64,000 nt of DNA from the NCBI GenBank assembly GCA_964645535.1, contig CAZYCQ010000003.1, forward strand, positions 32,001-96,000. Direction: 5' to 3'. The notes beneath the pieces were generated by a model, which was not told the origin of the DNA, ran no database searches, and saw only the letters and a program-made list of their open reading frames with translations. The position numbers and the translations under genes are program-made. This DNA is from an uncultured archaeon. Its GTDB lineage: Archaea; Asgardarchaeota; Heimdallarchaeia; Heimdallarchaeales; Kariarchaeaceae. Of this stretch, positions 24,066 to 33,797 are shown in pieces. Position 1 is the first letter of the stretch. Every line of letters begins with the position of its first letter.

Positions 24066-26006
24066 TTACCAGAGCGTGACGATCTTTTCTCGATACATTC
24101 CGTCACCAGGGCGGGTCTTGAAGACTTCATGGAATTCAGGAATATTTGCTAAGGCCACATTGACCCTTGCTTCAGGAGGAGAATGGGGATCGGATGTTCT
24201 TAACACCTCTTGGATTTCTGGTCGACTTAATGCCCGCCAAATCCTAGCATAGGACATAAAGAATTTTTCCTCATTGCTGAATTTGTCTGAGGGAGGCTCA
24301 CCATGTTTCCTGAAGTGTTCTTTCATCGCTGCAAATGCAATTCTTATCCCGCCAATATCTCCAATGTTTTCTCCTAACGTAAGTTTTCCAATAAGGGGTT
24401 TTCCATTCACTTTGAATTTTTCATATTCCTCAATAAAATGTTGTGCACGTTCATTGAAAGCCTTTCTATCCTCATCCGTCCACCAATTTTCCATATTTCC
24501 GTCAGGACCGAACATGCTCCCTTTGTCGTCATATCCATGAGTTATTTCGTGCCCGATGACAGCACCAATTCCACCATAATTTTCTGCATCGCTCAACTGG
24601 GGATCAAAGAAGGGAAATTGAAGGATGGCAGCAGGAAACACGATTTCATTATGAAGCGGTGAATAATAGGCATTGACAGTCTGTGGGGACATGAACCACT
24701 TATTCTTGTCAGGAGCCTTGTAAAGATTTTTCAACATCAAGTCTCGATTGTATTTTACAGTTGTTCGGAGAATTTGACTGAAGGTCATGTCTTCAGATAA
24801 TTGAAGGCCTGAGTAATCCTCCCAAACGTCAGGATAACCAATCTTGACATTGAAAGCCTTCAATTTTTCCAATGCCTTTTCCTTGGTAATGTCACTCATC
24901 CACTCCAATGATTTTATTCGATTTTCCAAAGCAATAATTAGGTTGTTTACAAGTTCCTTCATTTTTTCCTTGGATGAGGGAGGAAAGAATTTCTCAACAT
25001 AGAGTTTGCCAACAAGTTCCCCTAGAATAAACCTGTTGTTCATCAACTCCACAATCCGTTTCCATAGTGGTTGCATTTCCTTCTGCCCTTGAAGTACTCT
25101 TCCATAGAAATCAAAATTTGCCTTTTCGAATCTTTCACTCAATGCAGATGCCGTCAGAAGAAGCAATCTAGCCTTAAGGTAAATTTTCCAAGTTTCAAGA
25201 TCTGTTTCTTGGAGCTGTTCATTGACAAAATCGAAAAATGCAGGATTATCGACATTGATATCCTTAAGTTCAAGATTGGTATAACTCCTCACAAAGCTGT
25301 CCCAATCAAAACTGGAATACTTTGAAACAAATTCCGAAAATTGCATCTTATTGTAGCTTAATTCAGGATCCCTTTTCTGGACTTGAGAATAATGTTTTTC
25401 TGCGAGTTTAGTTTCAAAATCAAGAACCTTCTTAGCTACGTCTTTGGCTTCGGATTCGCCGATGAATTCAAAGAGGGTTGCCAAATGCTCCACATATTTG
25501 TCCCTAATAGGTTGCTTATCCTCTTCCAAATAGTAGTCCCGATTTCCGAATCTGGGATTTGGTAAACTTAGACCTCCTGAACTGAAATGGGGTATCTCAA
25601 TTGATGTGTTCTTCCTGTCCATGTTTGAGGAGAAATTGATCAATCCCAAGACCATTTTGCTCTCCAGTTCCACAATTGCATGAATTAGGTCATGGCGCGA
25701 CGTGATGCCATCTATTGTTTCCAGCAATGGTCTGATCGGTTCAAAATCCAGTTCATTCCTTCGCTCCATGTCCATTCCTACTTTGTAGAAAATGGATATT
25801 GCTTGATATTCTCCATCATGGGGTTTTTCTACAATTGAACGGACGTCTTCCATGGCTTTGTCATGTAAAATTGTGAAACTACCATACCTCGTTTTGTCAG
25901 GAGGGATTTCGGTTGTCTTTAACCACTTCCCATTTACATATCTGAAAAAATCATCTTGAGGGCGAACCTCAGGATCGATATATTCGTCAATCCTTTCAAT
26001 TCCCAT
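24066..26006 (-). CDS. pepO: M13 family metalloendopeptidase (PepO/neprilysin-like)
   Basis: PQDDFFRYVNG, VNAYY, GHEITHGYD, TLGENIGD and DPHSP motifs; ATG 26006 preferred; no signal peptide. Confidence 0.93.
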   Translation of the reverse strand: MGIERIDEYIDPEVRPQDDFFRYVNGKWLKTTEIPPDKTRYGSFTILHDKAMEDVRSIVEKPHDGEYQAISIFYKVGMDMERRNELDFEPIRPLLETIDGITSRHDLIHAIVELESKMVLGLINFSSNMDRKNTSIEIPHFSSGGLSLPNPRFGNRDYYLEEDKQPIRDKYVEHLATLFEFIGESEAKDVAKKVLDFETKLAEKHYSQVQKRDPELSYNKMQFSEFVSKYSSFDWDSFVRSYTNLELKDINVDNPAFFDFVNEQLQETDLETWKIYLKARLLLLTASALSERFEKANFDFYGRVLQGQKEMQPLWKRIVELMNNRFILGELVGKLYVEKFFPPSSKEKMKELVNNLIIALENRIKSLEWMSDITKEKALEKLKAFNVKIGYPDVWEDYSGLQLSEDMTFSQILRTTVKYNRDLMLKNLYKAPDKNKWFMSPQTVNAYYSPLHNEIVFPAAILQFPFFDPQLSDAENYGGIGAVIGHEITHGYDDKGSMFGPDGNMENWWTDEDRKAFNERAQHFIEEYEKFKVNGKPLIGKLTLGENIGDIGGIRIAFAAMKEHFRKHGEPPSDKFSNEEKFFMSYARIWRALSRPEIQEVLRTSDPHSPPEARVNVALANIPEFHEVFKTRPGDGMYREKIVTLW

Positions 26007-26190
26007 ACTTTTTTCCTTGATTTTGTCTAAAATAAAAGGGATTTTGTAGTACCAGAGGAAATATGGAGATCTTTCCATCCAAACATTTTTTTACTCACAA
26101 AAAAAAGTTGATTCGCTAAGGTGATACGTATAGTCAATCGAAAAGAATCTTTCAAATGAACCACAAAAAATACTAGAACAACTGATTGAT

Positions 26191-28533
26191 TTGGATTCAT
26201 TCGACCCTCACAGGATCGAAACAATTATGCTCTCTCTTTGGGAAAGGGAATGGAGCTTACCAAAGAGCTTGCAGGATAATCCAAGTCAATTGTTTATCAT
26301 TGATACACCACCTCCATACACCAATGCGAAATGGCATCTAGGGGGAGCCATCCATTATTCTCAAATCGACATGATTGCAAGATCTATGCGATTGATGGGG
26401 AAGCAGGTATATTTCCCCATGGGATTGGACAGGAATGGACTTCCAATAGAAATTGCAGCTGAACAGGAATTCGGTATCAGCATGTTTTCTGTTCCTAGAA
26501 AAGAATTCATAGGCTTATGCAAGAAAATCCTTGACCGGTTAGGCGATCAGACTCTTGATTTGGTAAAACGGCTTGGAATCAGCTGTGATTCTCTTGAATG
26601 GGATCATGTTTACCGAACTGATTCTGATCAATTTAGGGCACTAACCCAATCTACTTTCATTGAATTGTACAAAAAGGGATTGATCAGCGAAAATTTGCGA
26701 CCAACCAATTGGGATCCTAGCCTGCAATCCACTATTGCGGATGCAGAAATTGAATATCGCATTGAAAAAAGTGAATTAATTGAAATTGCATTTCTGGTTC
26801 CTGAATTGGGTGAAACCCATTCGTTTACCACAACACGACCAGAACTCCTTCCAGCCATTCGAGCAATTATTTTCAATCCAGACGACGCCAGATATCGACA
26901 TTTGGAAGGGAAGGTTGCAAGAGTGCCATTATTAGAAAAAGAGGTGCCCATCATCCCACATCCTTCTGCCTCGCAGGACTATGGCACAGGACTTCTCCAA
27001 ATCTGTTCGTTTGGCGATCTAACGGATATCAGAACACTCAGAGAACTTGAGATTGAACCAATCTATATCATCGATCCCGATGGACGTCTAAATGAGAAAG
27101 CTGGCAAATATCAAGGGATGACAATTCCTGAAGCTCGAAGAACTATAAAGAAAGATCTTGAACCATATATTCTCTCCAAAAAAAAGGTAATGCATAGAAT
27201 CCCAATTTCAGAGAGAACTGGAACACCTGTGGAGTTTTTGGGAATGAATGAGTTTTATCTCAAGCAGAGGGAGTTTGTTCCAATCCTGAAAAGATATGCC
27301 ACAGAGGTGAAGTTTGTCCCTGAACAAATGAGACAAAGATGGCTTGATTGGTTGGAAAGTATCAAGACGGAATGGCCCATTTCCCGCAGGAGGTTTTATG
27401 GTACAGAAATCCCACTTTGGTATTGCAATTCCTGCAATGAAACTATCCTTCCACCACCGGGAAGGTACTATAAGCCATGGGCAGAACCTCCACCCATTCA
27501 ATCATGTCAGAAATGTGGAAGCGAAAGTTTCAAAGGAGAGACAAGAACATTTGACACGTGGATGGATTCCTCAATTACAGTAATGTACATCCTAAAATTC
27601 CCTTTCAATGACCAAAATCTTTCTATTTTTGATCAAGTCAATTCGCGAAACTTCTTGGCCGACATCCGTCCTCAAGGCAAAGACATCATCAGGACATGGC
27701 TCCACTATTCCTTCCTGAGAATTCACCAATTAGAAGGAAAAAGGGCATTTGCCGTAGCTTGGATATCCGGACATGTGGTTTCTGAAAAAGGGGAAAGATT
27801 TTCAAAACGAAAAGGAAACTCCCCAGATCCAGAAGAATTCATTGACAAATATGGAGCAGATTCCCTCAGGCTATTTGGCGCGCTAGAAACAAAAACCGGG
27901 TCAGACATCAGGTTTTCAGAAACAGCTGTTAAAGCATCTTGGAAATTCCTCAAGAAACTATTCAATCTTGCCAGGTTCATTTCCAGTTTCGAAAAGCCTC
28001 GCGAATATTCCTTGCGCAAGATTGATTGGTGGATACTTGAAGAATTGAATAAAGTTATTGAGACTTGCAAGGAAGGATATCTTCAATTTGAGTTTCAACA
28101 GGCATTGAGGGAATTACGGACATTCACGCAAAAGCTGTTTGCTTCCACCTATGTCGAGATTGTGAAGGATCGTGCATACAATCACAATAAGAAATTCAAT
28201 CAAGCAAAGTCTAATGGAGCCAAATGGACTCTCCATCATGTATTTCATACTATACTCTTGCTGTTCTCACCGATCATTCCATTTACAACAGACATTCTCT
28301 ATCGTAAATTGAATGATGGAAAAACCATTTTTGGGATACATTTCCCGAAAAAGCTTGAAACCGATTCAACCCTATCTGATTTAACTGATGATCTACTCGC
28401 TTTCAATTCCTTTGTTTGGACCTTCAAGAAAAAACAGGGATTGGCTCTCAATGATCCGATTGCAGACATTGAGGTTCCGAAGAAATTGTCTCCATTCCTT
28501 GAAGACTTGAAATCTATGCATAAGCTCCTTTGA
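26191..28533 (+). CDS. valS: Valyl-tRNA synthetase (archaeal type)
   Basis: IDTPPPY..WHLGG (HIGH), GLDRNGLPIE, TTRPE, GTG..ICSFGD, W.ISRRR.YGTEIP.WYC, DTWMDSS and QGKDIIRTW. The KMSKS loop reads RFSKR. TTG start. Confidence 0.92.
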   Translation: MDSFDPHRIETIMLSLWEREWSLPKSLQDNPSQLFIIDTPPPYTNAKWHLGGAIHYSQIDMIARSMRLMGKQVYFPMGLDRNGLPIEIAAEQEFGISMFSVPRKEFIGLCKKILDRLGDQTLDLVKRLGISCDSLEWDHVYRTDSDQFRALTQSTFIELYKKGLISENLRPTNWDPSLQSTIADAEIEYRIEKSELIEIAFLVPELGETHSFTTTRPELLPAIRAIIFNPDDARYRHLEGKVARVPLLEKEVPIIPHPSASQDYGTGLLQICSFGDLTDIRTLRELEIEPIYIIDPDGRLNEKAGKYQGMTIPEARRTIKKDLEPYILSKKKVMHRIPISERTGTPVEFLGMNEFYLKQREFVPILKRYATEVKFVPEQMRQRWLDWLESIKTEWPISRRRFYGTEIPLWYCNSCNETILPPPGRYYKPWAEPPPIQSCQKCGSESFKGETRTFDTWMDSSITVMYILKFPFNDQNLSIFDQVNSRNFLADIRPQGKDIIRTWLHYSFLRIHQLEGKRAFAVAWISGHVVSEKGERFSKRKGNSPDPEEFIDKYGADSLRLFGALETKTGSDIRFSETAVKASWKFLKKLFNLARFISSFEKPREYSLRKIDWWILEELNKVIETCKEGYLQFEFQQALRELRTFTQKLFASTYVEIVKDRAYNHNKKFNQAKSNGAKWTLHHVFHTILLLFSPIIPFTTDILYRKLNDGKTIFGIHFPKKLETDSTLSDLTDDLLAFNSFVWTFKKKQGLALNDPIADIEVPKKLSPFLEDLKSMHKLL

Positions 28534-29175
28534 AATTTCGTGAAAAACCAGTTGTTAGCACAACCAATAAGTTGAGAAAAGGAAATTTCTTCAACCAAAA
28601 GTTTATTTTTTGATAAGAAAACATCCCGTTGGGAGACGGGTTACGAAAATATTTATCCGAATAAAATCTCAAATATTTTTGCTTGAACACTAATAAATCA
28701 TTGTGTGTAAAATTTAAAAAATAAAAGGAAAACCGATATGCAAAAGAGTTACCTACATTCCGAAAAATTCCGTGAAATAAACGTAAATATGAGGAAACAA
28801 TTTGCTTTATTCATTTTTGCAGAAAGAAAGGCAGATTTTGAAGATTTTCGAAGGTTTCCCTGAGGACGAATTTCAATCACCTGCAAGAAGATTAGATTTT
28901 CCCTTGTCAATGGCTGATTTACGTTTATTCTTCATCCATTACTACAGAAGCACAGTAAATGGCTCCGAAAGCCATACGAATTTCGGATAACTTAGAGGGA
29001 AAATTTATGAATTCAATAAATGTAAAAATGGAAATTAAACCCCTATTCTTACAGATTTTTTGGTTTCCATGAATGACACATGAACGGATTAATTTTTTTG
29101 TTGAAACTAAAGCAATAATTCAAGGACAGGGATTAGATATAAATACTACACCTCTGTTAGACAACATGGGATACT

Positions 29176-30354
29176 ATGAAAATCCGCGCATATACATTCT
29201 CATGGTTACTCATCGCTTTCATGTTCGCTGCCGCGGGAACTCCCGCAGTAGTTGCTAACGTTGAAAGGCCAGTCAATGAGGGAATCGGCTTTGCCTATTT
29301 CGATAATTCCACTCGTGACTTTAATGTCGACATTTACTTTGTCGGTAACACCACACTTCCTGGTGGACAACTGCCCAGTGGAGGAACTGAAGGAGGGTTT
29401 GACGTTTACAACTATGAAACGGACACAGCAGTCCCCATTGTAAATGTTAAGTTCAATTACAGCGGACTCATCACCGTGAACGGATCTGATGCTGCTGGTC
29501 AAGCCTTTGTTGTTTCAAAGAACTTCCTTAAGATGGCCACATCGGGCGGTGAACACACCACCACGGGTTTTGCAGTTCCACTTTCTCAAGGAGATAACTT
29601 TGTTTCTGTCATCTATATTGCGGCCGACGAAAGTGGCAATTATCATTATGCCATTGACACGGTTATCGTCAGAGTAAGAGCTGATGGAAACTTTAATGAC
29701 AAGCCCACCTACAAGGATGGCAAGGTCACCTTCGATGTTGAAGACCAATTCTCTGAAGGATCCAAATATCCTCTGGACTATCCAGATTTCGATTACAATG
29801 ATCCAGTTACGGATCTCTCCTTCAAAAATTATGATGGAGAGACCATTGATGGAACTGCTCAAGCAACTGCCTTCGTTCAAGAACTTGGTCTTAATGTGAC
29901 TGGTTCCGTTAATTCAACTGGTACTGTCGCACTTGACCCTGACTTCCTCAATGGAACCGATGCAGTCAAGGGCAAACTATTCTATGTTGACGACTATGGT
30001 GTACATGACTTCCCAAGTGAGTTCAATTTCACCGGAGGTTCCCTCAACGCAACCTTCAAGACTTTTGACACTGTTGCTGATGCTGAGCTTGGTGGTGAAT
30101 CCTTCCTTGGAATGCTCACCTTTGCACCCAATGGAATTTTCTCTGGTGATGCTGAAAACTCTGATGCTGAGGCAACCTATTTCAGCGAATTTGGTGCCAC
30201 CTTGGATGGTGCTTCCTTCTTTGTTGTAGAAGGTAATGTAACCGTTACAACCGAAAGCACTGGTAGTGGCAGTCCAATCAACTTCGCGGCTGTTGGTTTC
30301 GGTTTGTTCTCAGCCAGCCTTGCAACATACTTTGTACGCAGAAGAAAGAAATAA
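29176..30354 (+). CDS. Probable abundant cell-surface glycoprotein with C-terminal sorting/anchor signal
   Basis: Signal peptide; about 10 N-x-S/T sequons; acidic, beta-rich body; T/S/G linker, then SPINF, TM and RRRKK; TATAAATA about 30 bp upstream. Confidence 0.8.
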   Translation: MKIRAYTFSWLLIAFMFAAAGTPAVVANVERPVNEGIGFAYFDNSTRDFNVDIYFVGNTTLPGGQLPSGGTEGGFDVYNYETDTAVPIVNVKFNYSGLITVNGSDAAGQAFVVSKNFLKMATSGGEHTTTGFAVPLSQGDNFVSVIYIAADESGNYHYAIDTVIVRVRADGNFNDKPTYKDGKVTFDVEDQFSEGSKYPLDYPDFDYNDPVTDLSFKNYDGETIDGTAQATAFVQELGLNVTGSVNSTGTVALDPDFLNGTDAVKGKLFYVDDYGVHDFPSEFNFTGGSLNATFKTFDTVADAELGGESFLGMLTFAPNGIFSGDAENSDAEATYFSEFGATLDGASFFVVEGNVTVTTESTGSGSPINFAAVGFGLFSASLATYFVRRRKK

Positions 30355-30502
30355 AATTCATAAATAACAATCCACATCAATAATTTTCCATTTAATCTCA
30401 ACAACAATTAATTGAATTGCGTAAAACGATTATTTTCCAACATTTTCAGATTTAGGGAAGAGGGTAATATGCATCTTTATTAATTGGATTGAAGAAAGTA
30501 TA

Positions 30503-31015
30503 TTGCTAGAGGACGATAGAATGGCAGGTATGAAAATAACCAAGCCAGATGGAACAATTGTGGAGATAGACAAGAGTATGCTCAAGTCTCTCTCTCCAGA
30601 CCAATTGGCTGCCCTCATGTCGTCCTTAACCCAATCTACATCACCACCGCCTCAGAAAACCTCTTCAGAAAGTGAAAAGATTGCGTACATGAGAACGCCA
30701 GAAGAGATTTGGAATGGTGGTAAAAGGGAAAGGATCGGGTTATTCCTCGCCAATCAATATGCTCTTGGAATGACTTTGGAAACAGTTGACATCCATCGGG
30801 ATTGGATGGAAACTCTTGTAAGCAAAAACTATGATCTCTATATAGAGAAATCCCATCTCACACAGTATTTGACTAGGCTTGCGGAAATGGGATATTTGAA
30901 AAAGGAAAAGATACCAGGAAGAGGAGTGGTATGGACTACCTTGGAATTGCTTTATGAGCATTATCCCCAAGTCCCCATGGAGAATTTCCAAAAGATTGCA
31001 TTGGAGATCACATAG
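30503..31015 (+). CDS. Hypothetical protein with C-terminal winged-helix-like domain
   Basis: KSHLTQYLTRLAEMGYLKKEKIPGRGVVW resembles a wHTH recognition helix plus wing. The start is uncertain (ATG at 30521 or 30530). Confidence 0.6.
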   Translation: MLEDDRMAGMKITKPDGTIVEIDKSMLKSLSPDQLAALMSSLTQSTSPPPQKTSSESEKIAYMRTPEEIWNGGKRERIGLFLANQYALGMTLETVDIHRDWMETLVSKNYDLYIEKSHLTQYLTRLAEMGYLKKEKIPGRGVVWTTLELLYEHYPQVPMENFQKIALEIT

Positions 31016-32597
31016 GCATATTTGCATGTTTTTTCGGAGGAATGTGCTCTCGTTTGCTGAGAGTAAAGTTGAGGGCTTTGATCAGGATGTCTCGTGTTTC
31101 TTCGGGAAAGATAACTCCATCAATTAATCCAAGTTCAGCAGCAATATATGGATTGGAAAACTGTTCTTCATACAGATCTATCATTTCTTTTCTTTTCTTC
31201 TCAGGATTTTCTGCCTTAGATATTTCTTTACGGAAAATGATGTTGGCAGCACCACTGGCACCCATAACCGCAATTTCTGCGGTAGGCCACGCATAGACTT
31301 GGTCTGCACCAGAATGCCTGCTTCCAAGCACATCATATGCACCTCCAAAGTCTTTTCGTAGAATTATGGTCAATTTGGGAACGGTCGCCTCGCAATAGGC
31401 ATAAAGAAGTTTTGCACCATGCCTGATGATGCCACCAAACTCCTGATCAGAACCTGGAAGGAAGCCAGGGACATCAACAAAGGTGACAATGGGAATATTG
31501 AAGGAATCACAGAATCTGATGAAACGGGCGGCCTTATCTGAAGCATTGATATCCAAGGTACCGGCCATATGCTTCGGTTGGTTTGCCACAATACCTACAG
31601 GATATCCATCCAATCTTGCAAAACCTATGACAATATTTTGGGCATATTCTTTCTGAATCTCAAAAAAGGAATTTTCATCAACAACTCTAATAATTATCTC
31701 AGTTACATCAAAAGGTTTGTTTACATTGTCTGGAAGAACTTCCCTCAATTCCATGGGGTCACTTCTAGGAGAAACAGGTTCTGACCGAGGAGGATCAGAC
31801 AGATTGTTTTGAGGGATATATTCAAGCAATTTCTTGACATATGCCAAGGCAGTAGCCTCATTTTTTGCTCTAAAATGGGCCACACCACTCTTGCGATTAT
31901 GAGTAATGGAACCGCCCAAATCCTCAAAAGAAATATCCTCGCCTGTCACTTCCTTAACCACATTGGGACCGGTGATAAACATATACGATGTTTCATCAAC
32001 CATGACAATGAAATCAGTTAAAGCAGGAGAGTAGACCGCACCACCTGCACAAGGACCCATAATGACGGAAATTTGCGGGACGATGCCAGAAGCAATGACA
32101 TTGGCTCTGAAGATCCTTCCATAACCTGCAAGGGAAGCCACACCTTCCTGAATTCGTGCCCCACCAGAATCATTCAAGCCAATTATTGGAAGACCATTCT
32201 TCATGGCAAAATCCATTATTTTCAGAATTTTTTCGGCATGCATTTCGCCTAAGGCACCACCAAAGACGGTGAAGTCCTGAGCGAAAATACAGACTTTCCT
32301 TCCATCAATGGTTCCATAACCCGTGACAACACCATCCCCCAATATTTTCTTTTTCCCCATCCCGAATGCTTCAGTCCTATGAACCACAAATTTGTCGGTT
32401 TCAACAAAGGAGCCTGGATCCAATAGCATTTCAATTCTCTCTCTTGCAGTCATCTTTCCTTTTTCGTGTTGTGCCTTGATCCTTTCTTCGCCACCTCCAA
32501 GCTCAGCAATTCTATTCTTTTCCTCGAGAATTTCGAATTTCTGTTTCTTATTCACAGGTTGACCTAAGTCTCGGTTGACAAAAAGGTTGTGGAACAC
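31008..32597 (-). CDS. pccB: Acyl-CoA carboxylase / methylmalonyl-CoA decarboxylase carboxyltransferase subunit
   Basis: QHEKGKMTARERI, GDGVVTG, DSGGARIQEG, GPCAGGAVYSPA, DVPGFLPG and GIIRHGAK motifs. Confidence 0.93.
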   Translation of the reverse strand: MFHNLFVNRDLGQPVNKKQKFEILEEKNRIAELGGGEERIKAQHEKGKMTARERIEMLLDPGSFVETDKFVVHRTEAFGMGKKKILGDGVVTGYGTIDGRKVCIFAQDFTVFGGALGEMHAEKILKIMDFAMKNGLPIIGLNDSGGARIQEGVASLAGYGRIFRANVIASGIVPQISVIMGPCAGGAVYSPALTDFIVMVDETSYMFITGPNVVKEVTGEDISFEDLGGSITHNRKSGVAHFRAKNEATALAYVKKLLEYIPQNNLSDPPRSEPVSPRSDPMELREVLPDNVNKPFDVTEIIIRVVDENSFFEIQKEYAQNIVIGFARLDGYPVGIVANQPKHMAGTLDINASDKAARFIRFCDSFNIPIVTFVDVPGFLPGSDQEFGGIIRHGAKLLYAYCEATVPKLTIILRKDFGGAYDVLGSRHSGADQVYAWPTAEIAVMGASGAANIIFRKEISKAENPEKKRKEMIDLYEEQFSNPYIAAELGLIDGVIFPEETRDILIKALNFTLSKREHIPPKKHANMPM

Positions 32598-32653
32598 CTA
32601 TCTTATGTTGCACATGAACAAAACTTCATTAGATAGGCGGGGAAATATCAAAT

Positions 32654-32944
32654 GTGGTCAAATTCGTTGTTGAGATCCACCGTTCCTTGAGAAAGGAAGA
32701 TGATCCTAAAGAGTATGAAATCGAAGTGGATGGTTCTGACAAAACAATTGGAGAACTCATCTCATTGGCTTTGCAAGATCGGGATGACATCAAAGAGCTT
32801 TGCCTGAATGGAACAAAGGCAAAGCCGGGAATTCTTTATATTTCTGGAAAGCATGAGTTGAGAAGTTTGGGGTTGATTGACGAGCCATTTACCCCAGAAG
32901 AGGATACCAGAATCAAAATTGTCCCCGTACTTCATGGGGGATGA
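32654..32944 (+). CDS. Urm1-like ubiquitin-fold (MoaD/ThiS superfamily) protein
   Basis: 96 aa with KPGIL and C-terminal VPVLHGG, the LHGG ending typical of Urm1. Confidence 0.8.
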   Translation: MVKFVVEIHRSLRKEDDPKEYEIEVDGSDKTIGELISLALQDRDDIKELCLNGTKAKPGILYISGKHELRSLGLIDEPFTPEEDTRIKIVPVLHGG

Positions 32945-32947
32945 TTA

Positions 32948-33751
32948 ATGAAGATATTTTTGGGAACTACTGGTTGGGCATACAGTTTTTGGAAAGGAAG
33001 CTTTTACCCGAAAAGGATTGGGAATTTCCTTAACTATTATGCGTCACAAAGCCCTATTGTCGAGATTAATTCGTCATATTACAGCATTCCTTCAGAACAG
33101 ACCATCAAAAGGTGGGAAGAACAGACACCGAAGGAGTTCGGATTTTTTGCCAAGATGAACAAGGAAGTTACACATTCAAATAAAGGATCTGAAAGCAGAA
33201 TTGGGAAATTAAGGGAATTCCATTTGAGATTCAACAAATTGAAAAAATTGAGAGGTATTCTTTTTCAATTTCCGTATGCCTTCAATCGAACGGAAAAGCA
33301 TGAACAACTTCTTGAAACTCTAGTTGAAAAAAATGCCATATGGTCAGAAGTGCCTGCCATAGTTGAGATACGAAATAAATCTTGGTTTAAATCTCCAGTT
33401 CTATCCCGTTTATTGGATGAAAACCGAATTGTCCTTGCATGCACCTCTAAGCTTAGCGAAACTTATGATTGGGCGGCTACCCAAAAAATATTGTATGTAA
33501 GAATTTTGGGGTCTAGAAAGGAATTTCCAGATCATCTGTTAGGAAAGAAACGAGTTGACAAAAGTGCACAGCTTGAAAATTGGGCAGAAAAAATAGCAGC
33601 CTTCGAGGGAGAGATTGCATACATCTTCGTCAATAATCGATTTTCGGGGAATGCAGCAATCGATGCACAGAAACTTTACCAAATTCTTGAAGGGAAGGGA
33701 GTTCCAATAATCGGGTTCAAACCCAAACCATCTTTGGCAGATTACTGGTAA
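32948..33751 (+). CDS. DUF72 (YecE-like) protein
   Basis: IFLGTTGWAY..WKG.FYP, VEINSSYY, LFQFP, VEIR..SW, YVR and FVNN motifs. Confidence 0.92.
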   Translation: MKIFLGTTGWAYSFWKGSFYPKRIGNFLNYYASQSPIVEINSSYYSIPSEQTIKRWEEQTPKEFGFFAKMNKEVTHSNKGSESRIGKLREFHLRFNKLKKLRGILFQFPYAFNRTEKHEQLLETLVEKNAIWSEVPAIVEIRNKSWFKSPVLSRLLDENRIVLACTSKLSETYDWAATQKILYVRILGSRKEFPDHLLGKKRVDKSAQLENWAEKIAAFEGEIAYIFVNNRFSGNAAIDAQKLYQILEGKGVPIIGFKPKPSLADYW

Positions 33752-33797
33752 GACCCATAGAAAAAAACTTTATGCCATGATATTCCCTGCCTAAATA

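Noticed and set aside
28802-29258. Short ORFs (62 and 61 aa) in the long intergenic region
   Set aside because: No motifs or RBS; one overlaps the real surface-protein gene out of frame.
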